This document shows positions 9,895-17,946 of a DNA stretch of 39,560 bases, one piece after another. A program made the translations under genes and the position numbers. Each line of letters opens with the position of its first letter. The stretch's first letter is position 1. Source of the stretch: Candidatus Hadarchaeota archaeon (lineage in GTDB: Archaea; Hadarchaeota; Hadarchaeia; Hadarchaeales; Hadarchaeaceae); the NCBI GenBank assembly GCA_964514945.1, contig CAZESD010000004.1, forward strand, positions 1 to 39,560. The letters run 5' to 3'. Below the pieces are notes generated by a model that was not told where the DNA came from, ran no database searches, and was given only the letters and a program-made list of their open reading frames with translations.

Positions 9895-11112
9895 TCACCC
9901 CAACTGCTTCAATATTTCCTCATACCTCGCCGGAGCCTCGCGCGGGCGCTCCGAGACCCTTATCGCCTCTTCCGGGTCTTTAAGCATGTGCCCCGTCGCC
10001 ACGCAAACCACGCGCTCGTCCCGCTTGATGGTTCCACGACGCACGAGCTTTTTGAGCCCAGCGATTGTAGACGCGCTAGCAGGCTCCGCTCCAATTCCTT
10101 CCAAGCGGGTCATTAACTTTTGGGCCTTGATGATTTCAGAGTCACTCACCGCCTCTGCCGTACCCTTTGAGGCTCGGATTGCCCGAATTGCCTTTGGACC
10201 GTTCACTGGATTTCCTATGCGGATTGCCGTGGCTATCGTTTCTGGTTTTTTAACTGGCACGAATTTGTCAAGCCCCCTCTTGATAGCGTCGACGATTGGC
10301 ATTGATCCCTCGGATTGGATCCCGGTCATCATAGGTATTCCCTTCGTCAACCCGACCAAGTCGAACTCGAAGAAGCCCTTGTAAATCGCCCAGATGTTGG
10401 CGCAGTTCCCCATGGGCACCACCACACGGTCCGGCACTTCCCACCCAAGCTGATCCGCTATCTCAAATCCTATCGACTTCTGACCTTGGGGTCTAAAGGG
10501 ATTCAGTGAATTCAAAAGATAGATGTCCTTCCGCTCCTCGCATATCCTTCGCACAATCGCCAGCGCCTCGTCGAAGTTCCCCTTTACTGCTATCGTCTGT
10601 GCGCCGTAAATCAGCGTCTGCGCCAGCTTGCCTCGCGCCACCTTACCCTTGGGGAGCAAGACTACGCAGCGTAACCCGGCCTTGGCCGCATAGGCCGACA
10701 GCGAGGCTGAGGTGTTGCCAGTCGAAGCACACGCGACGGTCTTAGCTCCAAGCTCGAGCGCCTTCGTGACACCAACCGTCATCCCACGGTCCTTGAATGA
10801 ACCCGTTGGGTTAGCTCCCTCGAACTTCACATAAAGCTCCCGGACCCCTACTTCCTTGGCAAGACGGTTGCAGCGGTAGAGAGGCGTCCCCCCCTCACTC
10901 AAGCTGACGATTTTCGATTCATCTAAAATCGGCATGAATGCGCGATACTTCCAAACGCTCGGCGCCTCGACCTTCAAACGCTTGCGGTCGAGCTTCCGCT
11001 TCAGCTCGCTTAGCTCGAACTCGACCTCAAGCAAGCCTCCGCATTTTGGGCAAGTGTAAAATCTTTCGTGAATCTTGAACTTACTGCCGCACTCGATGCA
11101 CTCCAGTCTCAC
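9895..11112 (-). CDS. thrC: Threonine synthase with N-terminal Zn ribbon
   Basis: NPTGSFKDRG, CASTGNTS, PMGNCAN, VATGHMLKD. Start placed at GTG 11112 just before CIECG (the ORF track extends it to 11199). Confidence 0.93.
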   Translation of the reverse strand: MRLECIECGSKFKIHERFYTCPKCGGLLEVEFELSELKRKLDRKRLKVEAPSVWKYRAFMPILDESKIVSLSEGGTPLYRCNRLAKEVGVRELYVKFEGANPTGSFKDRGMTVGVTKALELGAKTVACASTGNTSASLSAYAAKAGLRCVVLLPKGKVARGKLAQTLIYGAQTIAVKGNFDEALAIVRRICEERKDIYLLNSLNPFRPQGQKSIGFEIADQLGWEVPDRVVVPMGNCANIWAIYKGFFEFDLVGLTKGIPMMTGIQSEGSMPIVDAIKRGLDKFVPVKKPETIATAIRIGNPVNGPKAIRAIRASKGTAEAVSDSEIIKAQKLMTRLEGIGAEPASASTIAGLKKLVRRGTIKRDERVVCVATGHMLKDPEEAIRVSERPREAPARYEEILKQLG

Positions 11113-11277
11113 GGGGATTCCCGATTTTAATTTGGGAGGCTTGGTAAATACCTTCGGTAAACTTACACGAGACCAGCGTTTAAGAGGGGTACGCTTCACT
11201 CCTTCTGGGTTAGAGGAGAAACCAAAAAAAAGGAATAAAATTTCCTATTTTGAAGCTTACGCAACTGTGCTGAAAAA

Positions 11278-12483
11278 TCAAAAGCGGTCTGGCTTCCACA
11301 TGTGTGGCCGCGCGCCAGTTCTGAAGAGCGAGTTGATCACTTTTACAACCGAAGGTTTGGCACGCGAAAGACCGTTATTAAAGGCTTCTCGAGGGGATAG
11401 GTGACCGGTCAAATGTTGGGCAAGAACCCGATGACTGGTTGTATATGTATCCTCTCTCCCCTTGGGCTCCGCTAGGTGAACCTCGTTATCCTTGATTTGG
11501 AGCGACACCTCATCCTCCTCAGTCTTGATCCTTACCCTTCCGGAAAAATCCAAGTTCCGGACGCGGTCGCTCAGCTCAGTAAGAATCTTTTCGGTCACGC
11601 CTTTCAAATCGATTATCCTGACCATCAAACTGCCATGAACTCTCGAGAGGTTTGAAGCGCCATAGTCGAGTAACTGCTTGGCCAAAAGATGATCTGGTGG
11701 AACGCTTGCAGATATCCTCTCAAGATTGGCTTCTTTGGCATATCTCCCCAGGTGGATCAAAAGGGCTTTGCAGGCCGATGACACATAAGGTGAATTCGGG
11801 AGATACCCGCTCTCGACCACTTCGAGCACCCCTCTAGACCTAACACAACGAGCATAAGCTTCCACGACTCGACGTTTTTTAATTAACAAAAACCCCTTGG
11901 GGTCTTCGTTCAAGTTGTGATCCAGCTGAAGTCGCCAACATTTCCGGAAGCGCACGACACTTAAGGTTCGCCCACGATTTACGAGCTCGTACATCCGCAT
12001 CACCGGGGTTAAATTCTTTCTCTGAAAATTTTGAGAATGGAGTATTTGGGAAGAGTTTGTAGCCTTATCACAAATTTTTGCCGTCGGAATTGAGTATTCA
12101 TAGTCCGAGCATGCCACTTCCCATTTCAGCCTACGGTAAAAATGTGGGACCCCTGTAAAAAGGATTGAGAACCCATATCCCCTCTCCTTCATAAGTTGAA
12201 TCGCTTCCCTAAGGAGCTTGGTAGCATAACCCCTCCGCCTATATTTGGGAAGGGTTGCAACGTTGCCGATTCCGCCAGCCATTACCGAGCAACCACCGAC
12301 ACGGACGGGCTTGGGGAATATCTGGAGGTGGCTGACAAGCTTGCCCGCATGTGAAAGAGTCAGCATGTTTTCGGGCTCAAACCAAGGATCCCTTTTAATG
12401 AGTGTCTCGAAATACTCGACCGGAAGACCGGAGACCTTACTTTGGAACTGAAATACTTCCTGAAGATCCTTACCCGAAACCAT
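11278..12483 (-). CDS. Eis-like GNAT N-acetyltransferase (GNAT-GNAT-SCP2 architecture)
   Basis: Acetyl-CoA motif GIGNVATLPKYRRRGYA, FYRRLKWE, MVRIID and a C-terminal aromatic residue (..PDRF); 401 aa. Confidence 0.8.
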   Translation of the reverse strand: MVSGKDLQEVFQFQSKVSGLPVEYFETLIKRDPWFEPENMLTLSHAGKLVSHLQIFPKPVRVGGCSVMAGGIGNVATLPKYRRRGYATKLLREAIQLMKERGYGFSILFTGVPHFYRRLKWEVACSDYEYSIPTAKICDKATNSSQILHSQNFQRKNLTPVMRMYELVNRGRTLSVVRFRKCWRLQLDHNLNEDPKGFLLIKKRRVVEAYARCVRSRGVLEVVESGYLPNSPYVSSACKALLIHLGRYAKEANLERISASVPPDHLLAKQLLDYGASNLSRVHGSLMVRIIDLKGVTEKILTELSDRVRNLDFSGRVRIKTEEDEVSLQIKDNEVHLAEPKGREDTYTTSHRVLAQHLTGHLSPREAFNNGLSRAKPSVVKVINSLFRTGARPHMWKPDRF

Positions 12484-12655
12484 GATGAACTACTCCCTGT
12501 AGTTTTCTCATGGAAGGAATTTGTTACCAAAACCTGATAACTACGGTGGTTGTTGCCTCAACTTAAGTTCGTAGCGAAGAAGCCACATAGGCTAGTAGAG
12601 AGTCTTGGATATGCTCGAAGCGAGGAGAGACGACGAAGCTGGGGGTAAGTGCTTC

Positions 12656-13672
12656 TCAGCCCCCAAGCGTTCGATGGATATCTATCAGATCACCAAGCAA
12701 TGAACTGGAAGTCTCCCTCGGGCCCGCCCCGAACCCCGTGATCGAGATCTCCCGCGCCAAGTCGAGCTTAAAGGTTACCGCGTTTAGGGTGCCACCAACA
12801 GCGAGCGGGTGCCCTAGTGGGACTAGCTTCGGCCCTACTTCCAGCGAACCACGTTTCGCGATGCCGATGAGCTTTATCGTGTGCCCTGCCTCTCGGGCCA
12901 GCCGAATCGCCTCGGGCCGAACTCGTGCGATGCCTGCTATCTTGACCTCATTGAGCCTTGCGTTCATGCCCAACAAGGAGTTCGCTAAAATCGTGATTTT
13001 GCATGCTGTATCTATGCCCTCGATATCGAGCGTCGGGTCCTTCTCGGCTATTCCAAGCTCTTTGGCCTCCCGCAGAACGACCTCGAAGGGGGCACTCTCC
13101 TTGCTCATGCGCGTGAGGATGTAGTTCGTGGTGCCGTTGAGCACGCCTCTGATCTCGCGAATCTCATTCCCGGCCAACAGTTTCTTCGCGAGCCCCACCA
13201 CCGGTACTGCTCCGCCGACCGAAGCGGAATACCTGAACTCCACGCCACGCCGCTTTGCCAGTGAATCGAGTTCCCTGAACGCGACCACGAGTGGCCCCTT
13301 ATTTGCGGTTATAACATGTTTTCCCGTCAGCATCGCACGTTTGATGTGAGTTAGCCCAGGCTCCCCTGTTTTGATGTTTGTCGGTGTGAGATCGTAAACA
13401 ACATCCGCCTCAACATTATCAATCACTTTGAGAGTGAGTTTGCCCCGTTTCCCTCCTTTATACGCTGCTACCGTCCCCTTCTTCTCGGCGACCTTTAGCA
13501 ATTCATCCAAATTGAGCCCTTTTTCATCCACTACCGCTCCGAACTCGTCGACGGCTGCAACCACGCAGGTGATCAAACCGTGACTCCTATGCAGAAAGCT
13601 GGCTTTTTGGACGAGCGCGCGGCTGAGCCCTCTGCCCAAGTTTCCGAATCCAACGAGTATTATGCGCATCAT
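12656..13672 (-). CDS. hom: Homoserine dehydrogenase
   Basis: GFGNLG Rossmann motif, TANKGP, SVGGAVP, NGTTNYIL, DIEGIDTACK, GAGPRET. Confidence 0.95.
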   Translation of the reverse strand: MMRIILVGFGNLGRGLSRALVQKASFLHRSHGLITCVVAAVDEFGAVVDEKGLNLDELLKVAEKKGTVAAYKGGKRGKLTLKVIDNVEADVVYDLTPTNIKTGEPGLTHIKRAMLTGKHVITANKGPLVVAFRELDSLAKRRGVEFRYSASVGGAVPVVGLAKKLLAGNEIREIRGVLNGTTNYILTRMSKESAPFEVVLREAKELGIAEKDPTLDIEGIDTACKITILANSLLGMNARLNEVKIAGIARVRPEAIRLAREAGHTIKLIGIAKRGSLEVGPKLVPLGHPLAVGGTLNAVTFKLDLAREISITGFGAGPRETSSSLLGDLIDIHRTLGG

Positions 13673-14172
13673 TCCGCCTCAAGTGAAGTTATCATGAGCA
13701 GCTCTTTTCTGTCTGCTATTTGCTGCATTCTGGAGAGGGCCAAATTCGTATGTTTCTCGTTGTCAGCCACGATCGTCATTCTAGCTGCCGACTCCTGGCC
13801 GGGGGTACCCATCGCGAGACTTAAGTCGGATACCATTACCCCCTTAAGAGCGTTCAGACGGTCGATAGTGTCCCGAACGTCGGTGTGGATAATGTGACCT
13901 ATCAACAAAACTGTGGTCCTCACTGCGCCCTCGCGTTCCCCAATCCGGGTGATCTGTACTCCCATCGCTCGGAGTGCCGCTAAAATTCGATTAAGCCTCG
14001 CCCGCTCTCCGATCTCAAAAATCAGCATTACAGGTAGCCGCCCGAGTGGTGTCTTTCGCTCACGCTGGTGCATGATGCTTTGAATGTTGCCCCCGTAGCG
14101 TGAGATGGGCTCAAGCGCTTTGACGAGCTGTCCTGGGACGTCTTCGAGCTCCATTTCGAGCCTTATCAACAA
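13669..14172 (-). CDS. ACT-domain protein (allosteric partner of homoserine dehydrogenase, COG2061-like)
   Basis: LEDVPGQL..LEPIS..GGNI and LIGHIIHTDVRDTIDR; overlaps the hom start (ATGA). Confidence 0.85.
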   Translation of the reverse strand: MLIRLEMELEDVPGQLVKALEPISRYGGNIQSIMHQRERKTPLGRLPVMLIFEIGERARLNRILAALRAMGVQITRIGEREGAVRTTVLLIGHIIHTDVRDTIDRLNALKGVMVSDLSLAMGTPGQESAARMTIVADNEKHTNLALSRMQQIADRKELLMITSLEAE

Positions 14173-14191
14173 TTCTTCACCCTCGCTTCCC

Positions 14192-14770
14192 TCAAGACTT
14201 CATGCGGGGGTACCGCCTTCGCCTCGGGATCGAGATAATTAACATTTCCCCTTTCAGCTCAACTTCTCGCTCGCTTGGCGCCGCATCAGGTGGGAGCTCA
14301 AACGCCCCAAAATATGCCTCGCCACTAGGCTTCCGCGCGATGATTTCGAGCGCGTTACCCAGCTGCCTAACCTCGACATCTTCCTTCTTCACTCCCGGCA
14401 CCTGCATCGTAAGCACGATTTCGCCAAGACGTTCTATCTTCCCGCAGTTCGTCTCAAGCATGCGGGTTACGGGTTTGATCTCTTTCCGTTCAACCTTTGG
14501 CGGCGGCGGCCGTTCCACGGGTACTTCGGCCGGCACTTTGACGGGCGCTATCCTCATCGGGCGCTTGCCTATCGGTGTTACTTTGACCTCTGGTTTGCCT
14601 TTACCGAAGTCCTTTATCTCCACCTTGAAGCCCGTGACCCCCGGCCTTCGCTCGAATTCTCGAAAGTCTATCTTGAACTTGTTCTCCATTTCTTTGAACT
14701 CACGGTCAAACTCTCGCAACATGCGCCACATGCGCTTGAAGAACTCATCGTCGAATGGATTGTATGACAT
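14192..14770 (-). CDS. Small heat-shock protein (Hsp20/alpha-crystallin family)
   Basis: Phe/Met-rich N-terminus (PFDDEFF..), VPGVKKEDVEV and C-terminal LKGEMLIISIP. Confidence 0.8.
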   Translation of the reverse strand: MSYNPFDDEFFKRMWRMLREFDREFKEMENKFKIDFREFERRPGVTGFKVEIKDFGKGKPEVKVTPIGKRPMRIAPVKVPAEVPVERPPPPKVERKEIKPVTRMLETNCGKIERLGEIVLTMQVPGVKKEDVEVRQLGNALEIIARKPSGEAYFGAFELPPDAAPSEREVELKGEMLIISIPRRRRYPRMKS

Positions 14771-14861
14771 GTGCTCACTAGTTAGATGTTTCGACTAGCA
14801 CTTATAAATTTAGGAGTGGACACGGCGCTTCTCGCCACGAAAATTGAATCTTCCGGGGTGA

Positions 14862-15002
14862 TTACTCCTCTTCTAACTCCTCGTAAGGTTCCACTTCAGA
14901 ATAGATGCACTCGCCGTTCGAGTAGTAATCACACTCAGGGCAACACTCGTTCCGATTCTCACACTCATAGTACTGCCAACATTTAGGACAGCACTTCGGC
15001 AT
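14862..15002 (-). CDS. 46-aa Cys-rich acidic microprotein (not in ORF track)
   Basis: Hand translation MPKCCPKCWQYYECENRNECCPECDYYSNGECIYSEVEPYEELEEE*. SD-like GGGAGGGGAAGG immediately before the ATG; BRE/TATA-like CGAAAACCTTAAATAA on the minus strand at 15047-15062. Confidence 0.75.
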   Translation of the reverse strand: MPKCCPKCWQYYECENRNECCPECDYYSNGECIYSEVEPYEELEEE

Positions 15003-15046
15003 CCTTCCCCTCCCAAGAATTTCCATTTGATAGGAGCAAACATCGC

Positions 15047-15098
15047 TTATTTAAGGTTTTCGAACCCTTCCGCCGAGAAGTGAGAAAGTTATTTATGG
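15047..15098. promoter_or_regulatory. Back-to-back archaeal BRE/TATA promoters
   Basis: Minus: CGAAAAC-CTTAAATAA (15062-15047). Plus: GAGAAAG-TTATTTAT (15082-15096), about 25 nt before the RNA candidate at 15120. Confidence 0.6.
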
Positions 15099-15119
15099 AA
15101 GTTAAACTAATTTTTTCTC

Positions 15120-15401
15120 GCGCCGGGAGAGCAAACCGGAAGGGCCTCTAGAATCGGTCTTGGTGGATCCCACTGGTAGGGGCCTCAGAGAGCTAGGCCG
15201 GCTCAAAGGGGCCTTGAACAGCAGGCTGACAGGGTTGATTCAAAAGCGCTCGAAGGGTTGCGGCGTGGAGAACTCGTAAGGGTAATCCACACGGTCCGTG
15301 AAGGATTGGAGCGACGTGGTTCGGCGAGCTGCTCAAAAGGCGGTTCGGGTGGGCTATGTCGTCCGCAGTCATCGAGATGCCCGCGGCTCTTATCTCGGCG
15401 C
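15120..15401 (+). ncRNA. Candidate ~282-nt structured non-coding RNA, family unknown
   Basis: 5' and 3' ends pair (GCGCCGGGA-GAGC with GCTC-tta-TCTCGGCGC). Many internal stems with G-U pairs and a GNRA loop; GC-rich island between an AT-rich promoter and a T6 run (15404-15409). Confidence 0.75.
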
Positions 15402-15402
15402 A

Positions 15403-15410
15403 CTTTTTTG
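15403..15410 (+). terminator. Oligo-T terminator after the RNA candidate
   Basis: CTTTTTTG immediately 3' of the closing helix. Confidence 0.5.
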
Positions 15411-15470
15411 ATAAGATTTAGCTGGAGAAGAATTTTTCTGGAAGCCGACAAAAAACAACAAGGTGTCATT

Positions 15471-16346
15471 GTGGATGTCATTCGAGATTTTGACCCCTGG
15501 GATGACCCCCTCTGCACCTGCCCAAAAAAATATGGGTTCAACCCATATACTGGATGTTCTTATCGGTGCGTCTACTGTTACGTTACATCTTACGTGCCGA
15601 GAGCTTTCGAATGCAGAATAAAGAAAAATTTATTGAAGAGGGTTGAGCGTGATCTCAAGCGGGTCGACAAGTGCCGCGTTATCAGCATGTCAAACAGTTC
15701 TGATCCTTACCCGCCGATGGAATCAAAATTTAAGCTAACCCGCGGCTGCCTCGAACTCTTTCTGCGCGAGGGCTGCCAAGTGCAAGTGATAACGAAATCT
15801 GACCTCGTCACCCGTGACATCGATTTGCTCTCGAAGATGCTCTGCGTGGCCAGCTTTACTATAACCACCCTCAAAAGAAATTTGAGTCGGAAACTCGAAC
15901 CGCGAGCGCCACCACCCGAACGAAGGTTGGGGGCGATGAGGAAACTCTCGAGTAATGGTGTGCCCGTGAGCCTGCGCCTCGACCCAATCATCCCCGGCCT
16001 AAACGACGCCGAAATTGAACAAATCGTCAAAGCTGCCGCCACCACCGGCGCCAAACATGTAACCTCATCGACGTTTAAACCCCGCCCCGATAGCTGGCAT
16101 CGCGTTCGGCAGGTTTTTCCTGAAGCTACCGCCAAGCTCGCGCCGCTATACTTCGAACGCGGCGAACGGCGCCACAACAGCTGGTACTTGCCACGCGAAC
16201 TCAGGTTTGAACTCATGGGGCAGGTCAAGAAAGCGTGCGATGAAAATGGTCTGACCTTCGCCTCCTGCCGCGAAGGGCTGCGGGAGCTGACAACCGGTGC
16301 GAGCTGCGATGGGAGTCATTTGATTTCAAAAAAGAGTTCAAGTTAA
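15471..16346 (+). CDS. Radical SAM protein, spore photoproduct lyase-like (COG1533 type)
   Basis: FDPW..LCTCP.KY.FNPYTGCSYRCVYCY, SNSSDPYP, ITKS, LEPRAP, RLDPIIPG. True start is likely GTG 15471 after SD AGGTG; the track's extension from 15258 runs through the ncRNA. Confidence 0.88.
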   Translation: MDVIRDFDPWDDPLCTCPKKYGFNPYTGCSYRCVYCYVTSYVPRAFECRIKKNLLKRVERDLKRVDKCRVISMSNSSDPYPPMESKFKLTRGCLELFLREGCQVQVITKSDLVTRDIDLLSKMLCVASFTITTLKRNLSRKLEPRAPPPERRLGAMRKLSSNGVPVSLRLDPIIPGLNDAEIEQIVKAAATTGAKHVTSSTFKPRPDSWHRVRQVFPEATAKLAPLYFERGERRHNSWYLPRELRFELMGQVKKACDENGLTFASCREGLRELTTGASCDGSHLISKKSSS

Positions 16347-16347
16347 T

Positions 16348-16985
16348 TTATTTCAAGACTTCGCCCGTCTTCAAGTACCAAAGATAGAGATCCAGCTCAC
16401 CAAGCGTGAGCCCGAGCTTCTCCGCGAGCCCCACGAGCTTTTCCTCGATCCCCAGATATCGTCCACGTGTCAGCGAGTGGGGCACCTCATCTATTAATTC
16501 GTATTCGCACAGCACGCTGAGCACATGCCGGTCCAAAATTGCTACATCATCAAATCCCACGTTGCGCAGAAAATGACTCGCCTCTTTGTAGCCAATACCC
16601 TTTACGTTTTTCACTAGCCACTCGCGGGCCTGCTTCGCACCGCCTATTCTATTGATAATCTCTTTTATGTTTCGAAATTTTCTGTTATACACAATATACG
16701 TGGCCTTTTTTTATAGGGCCCTTTGTAACCCAATATTCTAATTTTCCTAGTTAGATTTTGTTGTGGTAGAAAAAGAAACCCGTTCTTTCCTATTTTTTCT
16801 TGGAGTCTCATTACATTTTTTGCAGAGGAACGTGCAGTTAAAACACAATAACATAATTCGGAAAACCACTCTTCGTTACCCTTATGAGCAATATCCTTGA
16901 ACTCTCGCATCCTCCGAGCTATGAGTTTGCCTACCTTGCCTCCCCTCAGCTCATTTACCCTGCCCACTAAATCCGCGCCCACCAA
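16348..16985 (-). pseudogene. ogg: 8-oxoguanine N-glycosylase/DNA lyase, split by a single frameshift
   Basis: N-half FSELCYCVLTA (16665-16985) and C-half REWLVKNVKGIGYKEASHFLRNVG..AILDRH..LDLYLWY (16348-16692). One extra A in the A7 run (T7 at 16706-16712) joins them as ..GPYKKKATYIVYNRK.. Confidence 0.8.
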
Positions 16986-17036
16986 CTTGCCCCGACTTTC
17001 TTATGAAAATACAACTTGTTTAATGCGTTACCTGAG

Positions 17037-17852
17037 CTAGGCGATCGCGAGCTTCGTTTGGACTTGAGCGAGCTGCCACGGGTGGGCATGCTTCACTAAC
17101 TCATGCACCACCCTTGAAGGCCGCTTCCAATCGAACGGCCGCGCATCAGCAGGGCTGGCATCAAGCACGGAAAACTCTGTCACCTCATCTGGAGCGATGG
17201 GAACCGAAACCAAGCCCGACTCCGGGTTGAGGCTCATAGGCGCCAGCAATAGACCTCGCCTCACCCGAAGCTCGGAGAGTAGGCAGGTATTCGTCCTTCG
17301 CTTTATCTCAAGGGAGGAAGAGACGCCATTGACGCGAATGCTCGAATGACGCTCGGTTAAATAGCTCGCGATAGAATTTGTTAGTCCTCTCTGTAGGTCT
17401 GCCAGTGCATAGCTATCCCCCGCCCAAGCTTCGTGAGGGATGGCCTCGAAAGGTATCAATAAATCAAACCCAAGTTGGCCGGAGTACTTGACCCACGGCT
17501 CAGAGATGCCATCCTCCGCCAGCGCTTCGATCACCCAAGCAGTTACCGTCTTGGCAAACTCTAACCCTCCTCGCCTCACCCGCACACTCCAGACCAAATC
17601 GTGGCCAATCGGGCGCGAGAAGTCTTGACCTAGATAACGCCAGTAGGAGCAATAGAATGCCGTCGCTCCTGAGGCCAAGGCTCGGTCAAAGGCCGCCGTC
17701 GAGTCCAAAACAATGGGGTGCTTGCTTAGGTGGCGCTGCATGCTCTTGACGTGGGCGTTGTAGAAAGTGCATTCCCGCTCGCCGCTGCCGTTGCTAGCAC
17801 GCGCGAAATCCATGATTGTTTGTCTTACATCCAGGCGTCTGTAATAATCCAT
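17037..17852 (-). CDS. Archaeo-eukaryotic primase (PriS-like) fold protein with degenerate catalytic motifs
   Basis: YYRR.DVRQ.I..FA, GATAFY.S, GHDLVWSVR (motif I position), VKYSGQLGFD (motif II position), APMSLNPESGLVSVPI (C-terminal AEP motif). Confidence 0.65.
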   Translation of the reverse strand: MDYYRRLDVRQTIMDFARASNGSGERECTFYNAHVKSMQRHLSKHPIVLDSTAAFDRALASGATAFYCSYWRYLGQDFSRPIGHDLVWSVRVRRGGLEFAKTVTAWVIEALAEDGISEPWVKYSGQLGFDLLIPFEAIPHEAWAGDSYALADLQRGLTNSIASYLTERHSSIRVNGVSSSLEIKRRTNTCLLSELRVRRGLLLAPMSLNPESGLVSVPIAPDEVTEFSVLDASPADARPFDWKRPSRVVHELVKHAHPWQLAQVQTKLAIA

Positions 17853-17924
17853 TTTTCTCCCTTCAAAAGGATGCTTGGGTGGAATTTTTAAGCGTCTTTA
17901 GGGGAGAGGGGTCACCGAAAGTAT

Positions 17925-17943
17925 TGATACTATAGTAACAGTA
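17925..17943. repeat. 19-bp repeat copy 1 (TGATACTATAGTAACAGTA)
   Basis: 18/19 identical to 18565-18583; internal dyad TACTRT-N4-AYAGTA. Confidence 0.7.
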
Positions 17944-17946
17944 AAT

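Noticed and set aside
14774-14785. Near-palindrome CTCACTAGTTAG before hsp20 as a heat-shock operator
   Set aside because: Short and imperfect, and the spacing differs from the archaeal heat-shock boxes I recall; insufficient support.
14786-14986. 66-aa plus-strand ORF in the track
   Set aside because: Antisense to the better-supported Cys-rich microprotein; no SD and no motif.
15120-15401. Assignment of the structured RNA as SRP RNA, RNase P RNA or a group II intron fragment
   Set aside because: GCTAGGCCGG (15192-15201) resembles the archaeal SRP 5' motif but is internal and the helix-8 motif is missing. RNase P P4 signatures are absent. A minus-strand GAGCCG does not complete a domain-V hairpin.
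15417-15430. 14-bp match TTTAGCTGGAGAAG with 21512-21525 (minus strand)
   Set aside because: A few 14-bp matches are expected by chance in 40 kb and there is no flanking similarity.
15258-15470. N-terminal 71-codon extension of the radical SAM ORF, and ORF 15203-15541 (-)
   Set aside because: They overlap the structured RNA and its terminator; family similarity starts at GTG 15471, which has an SD.
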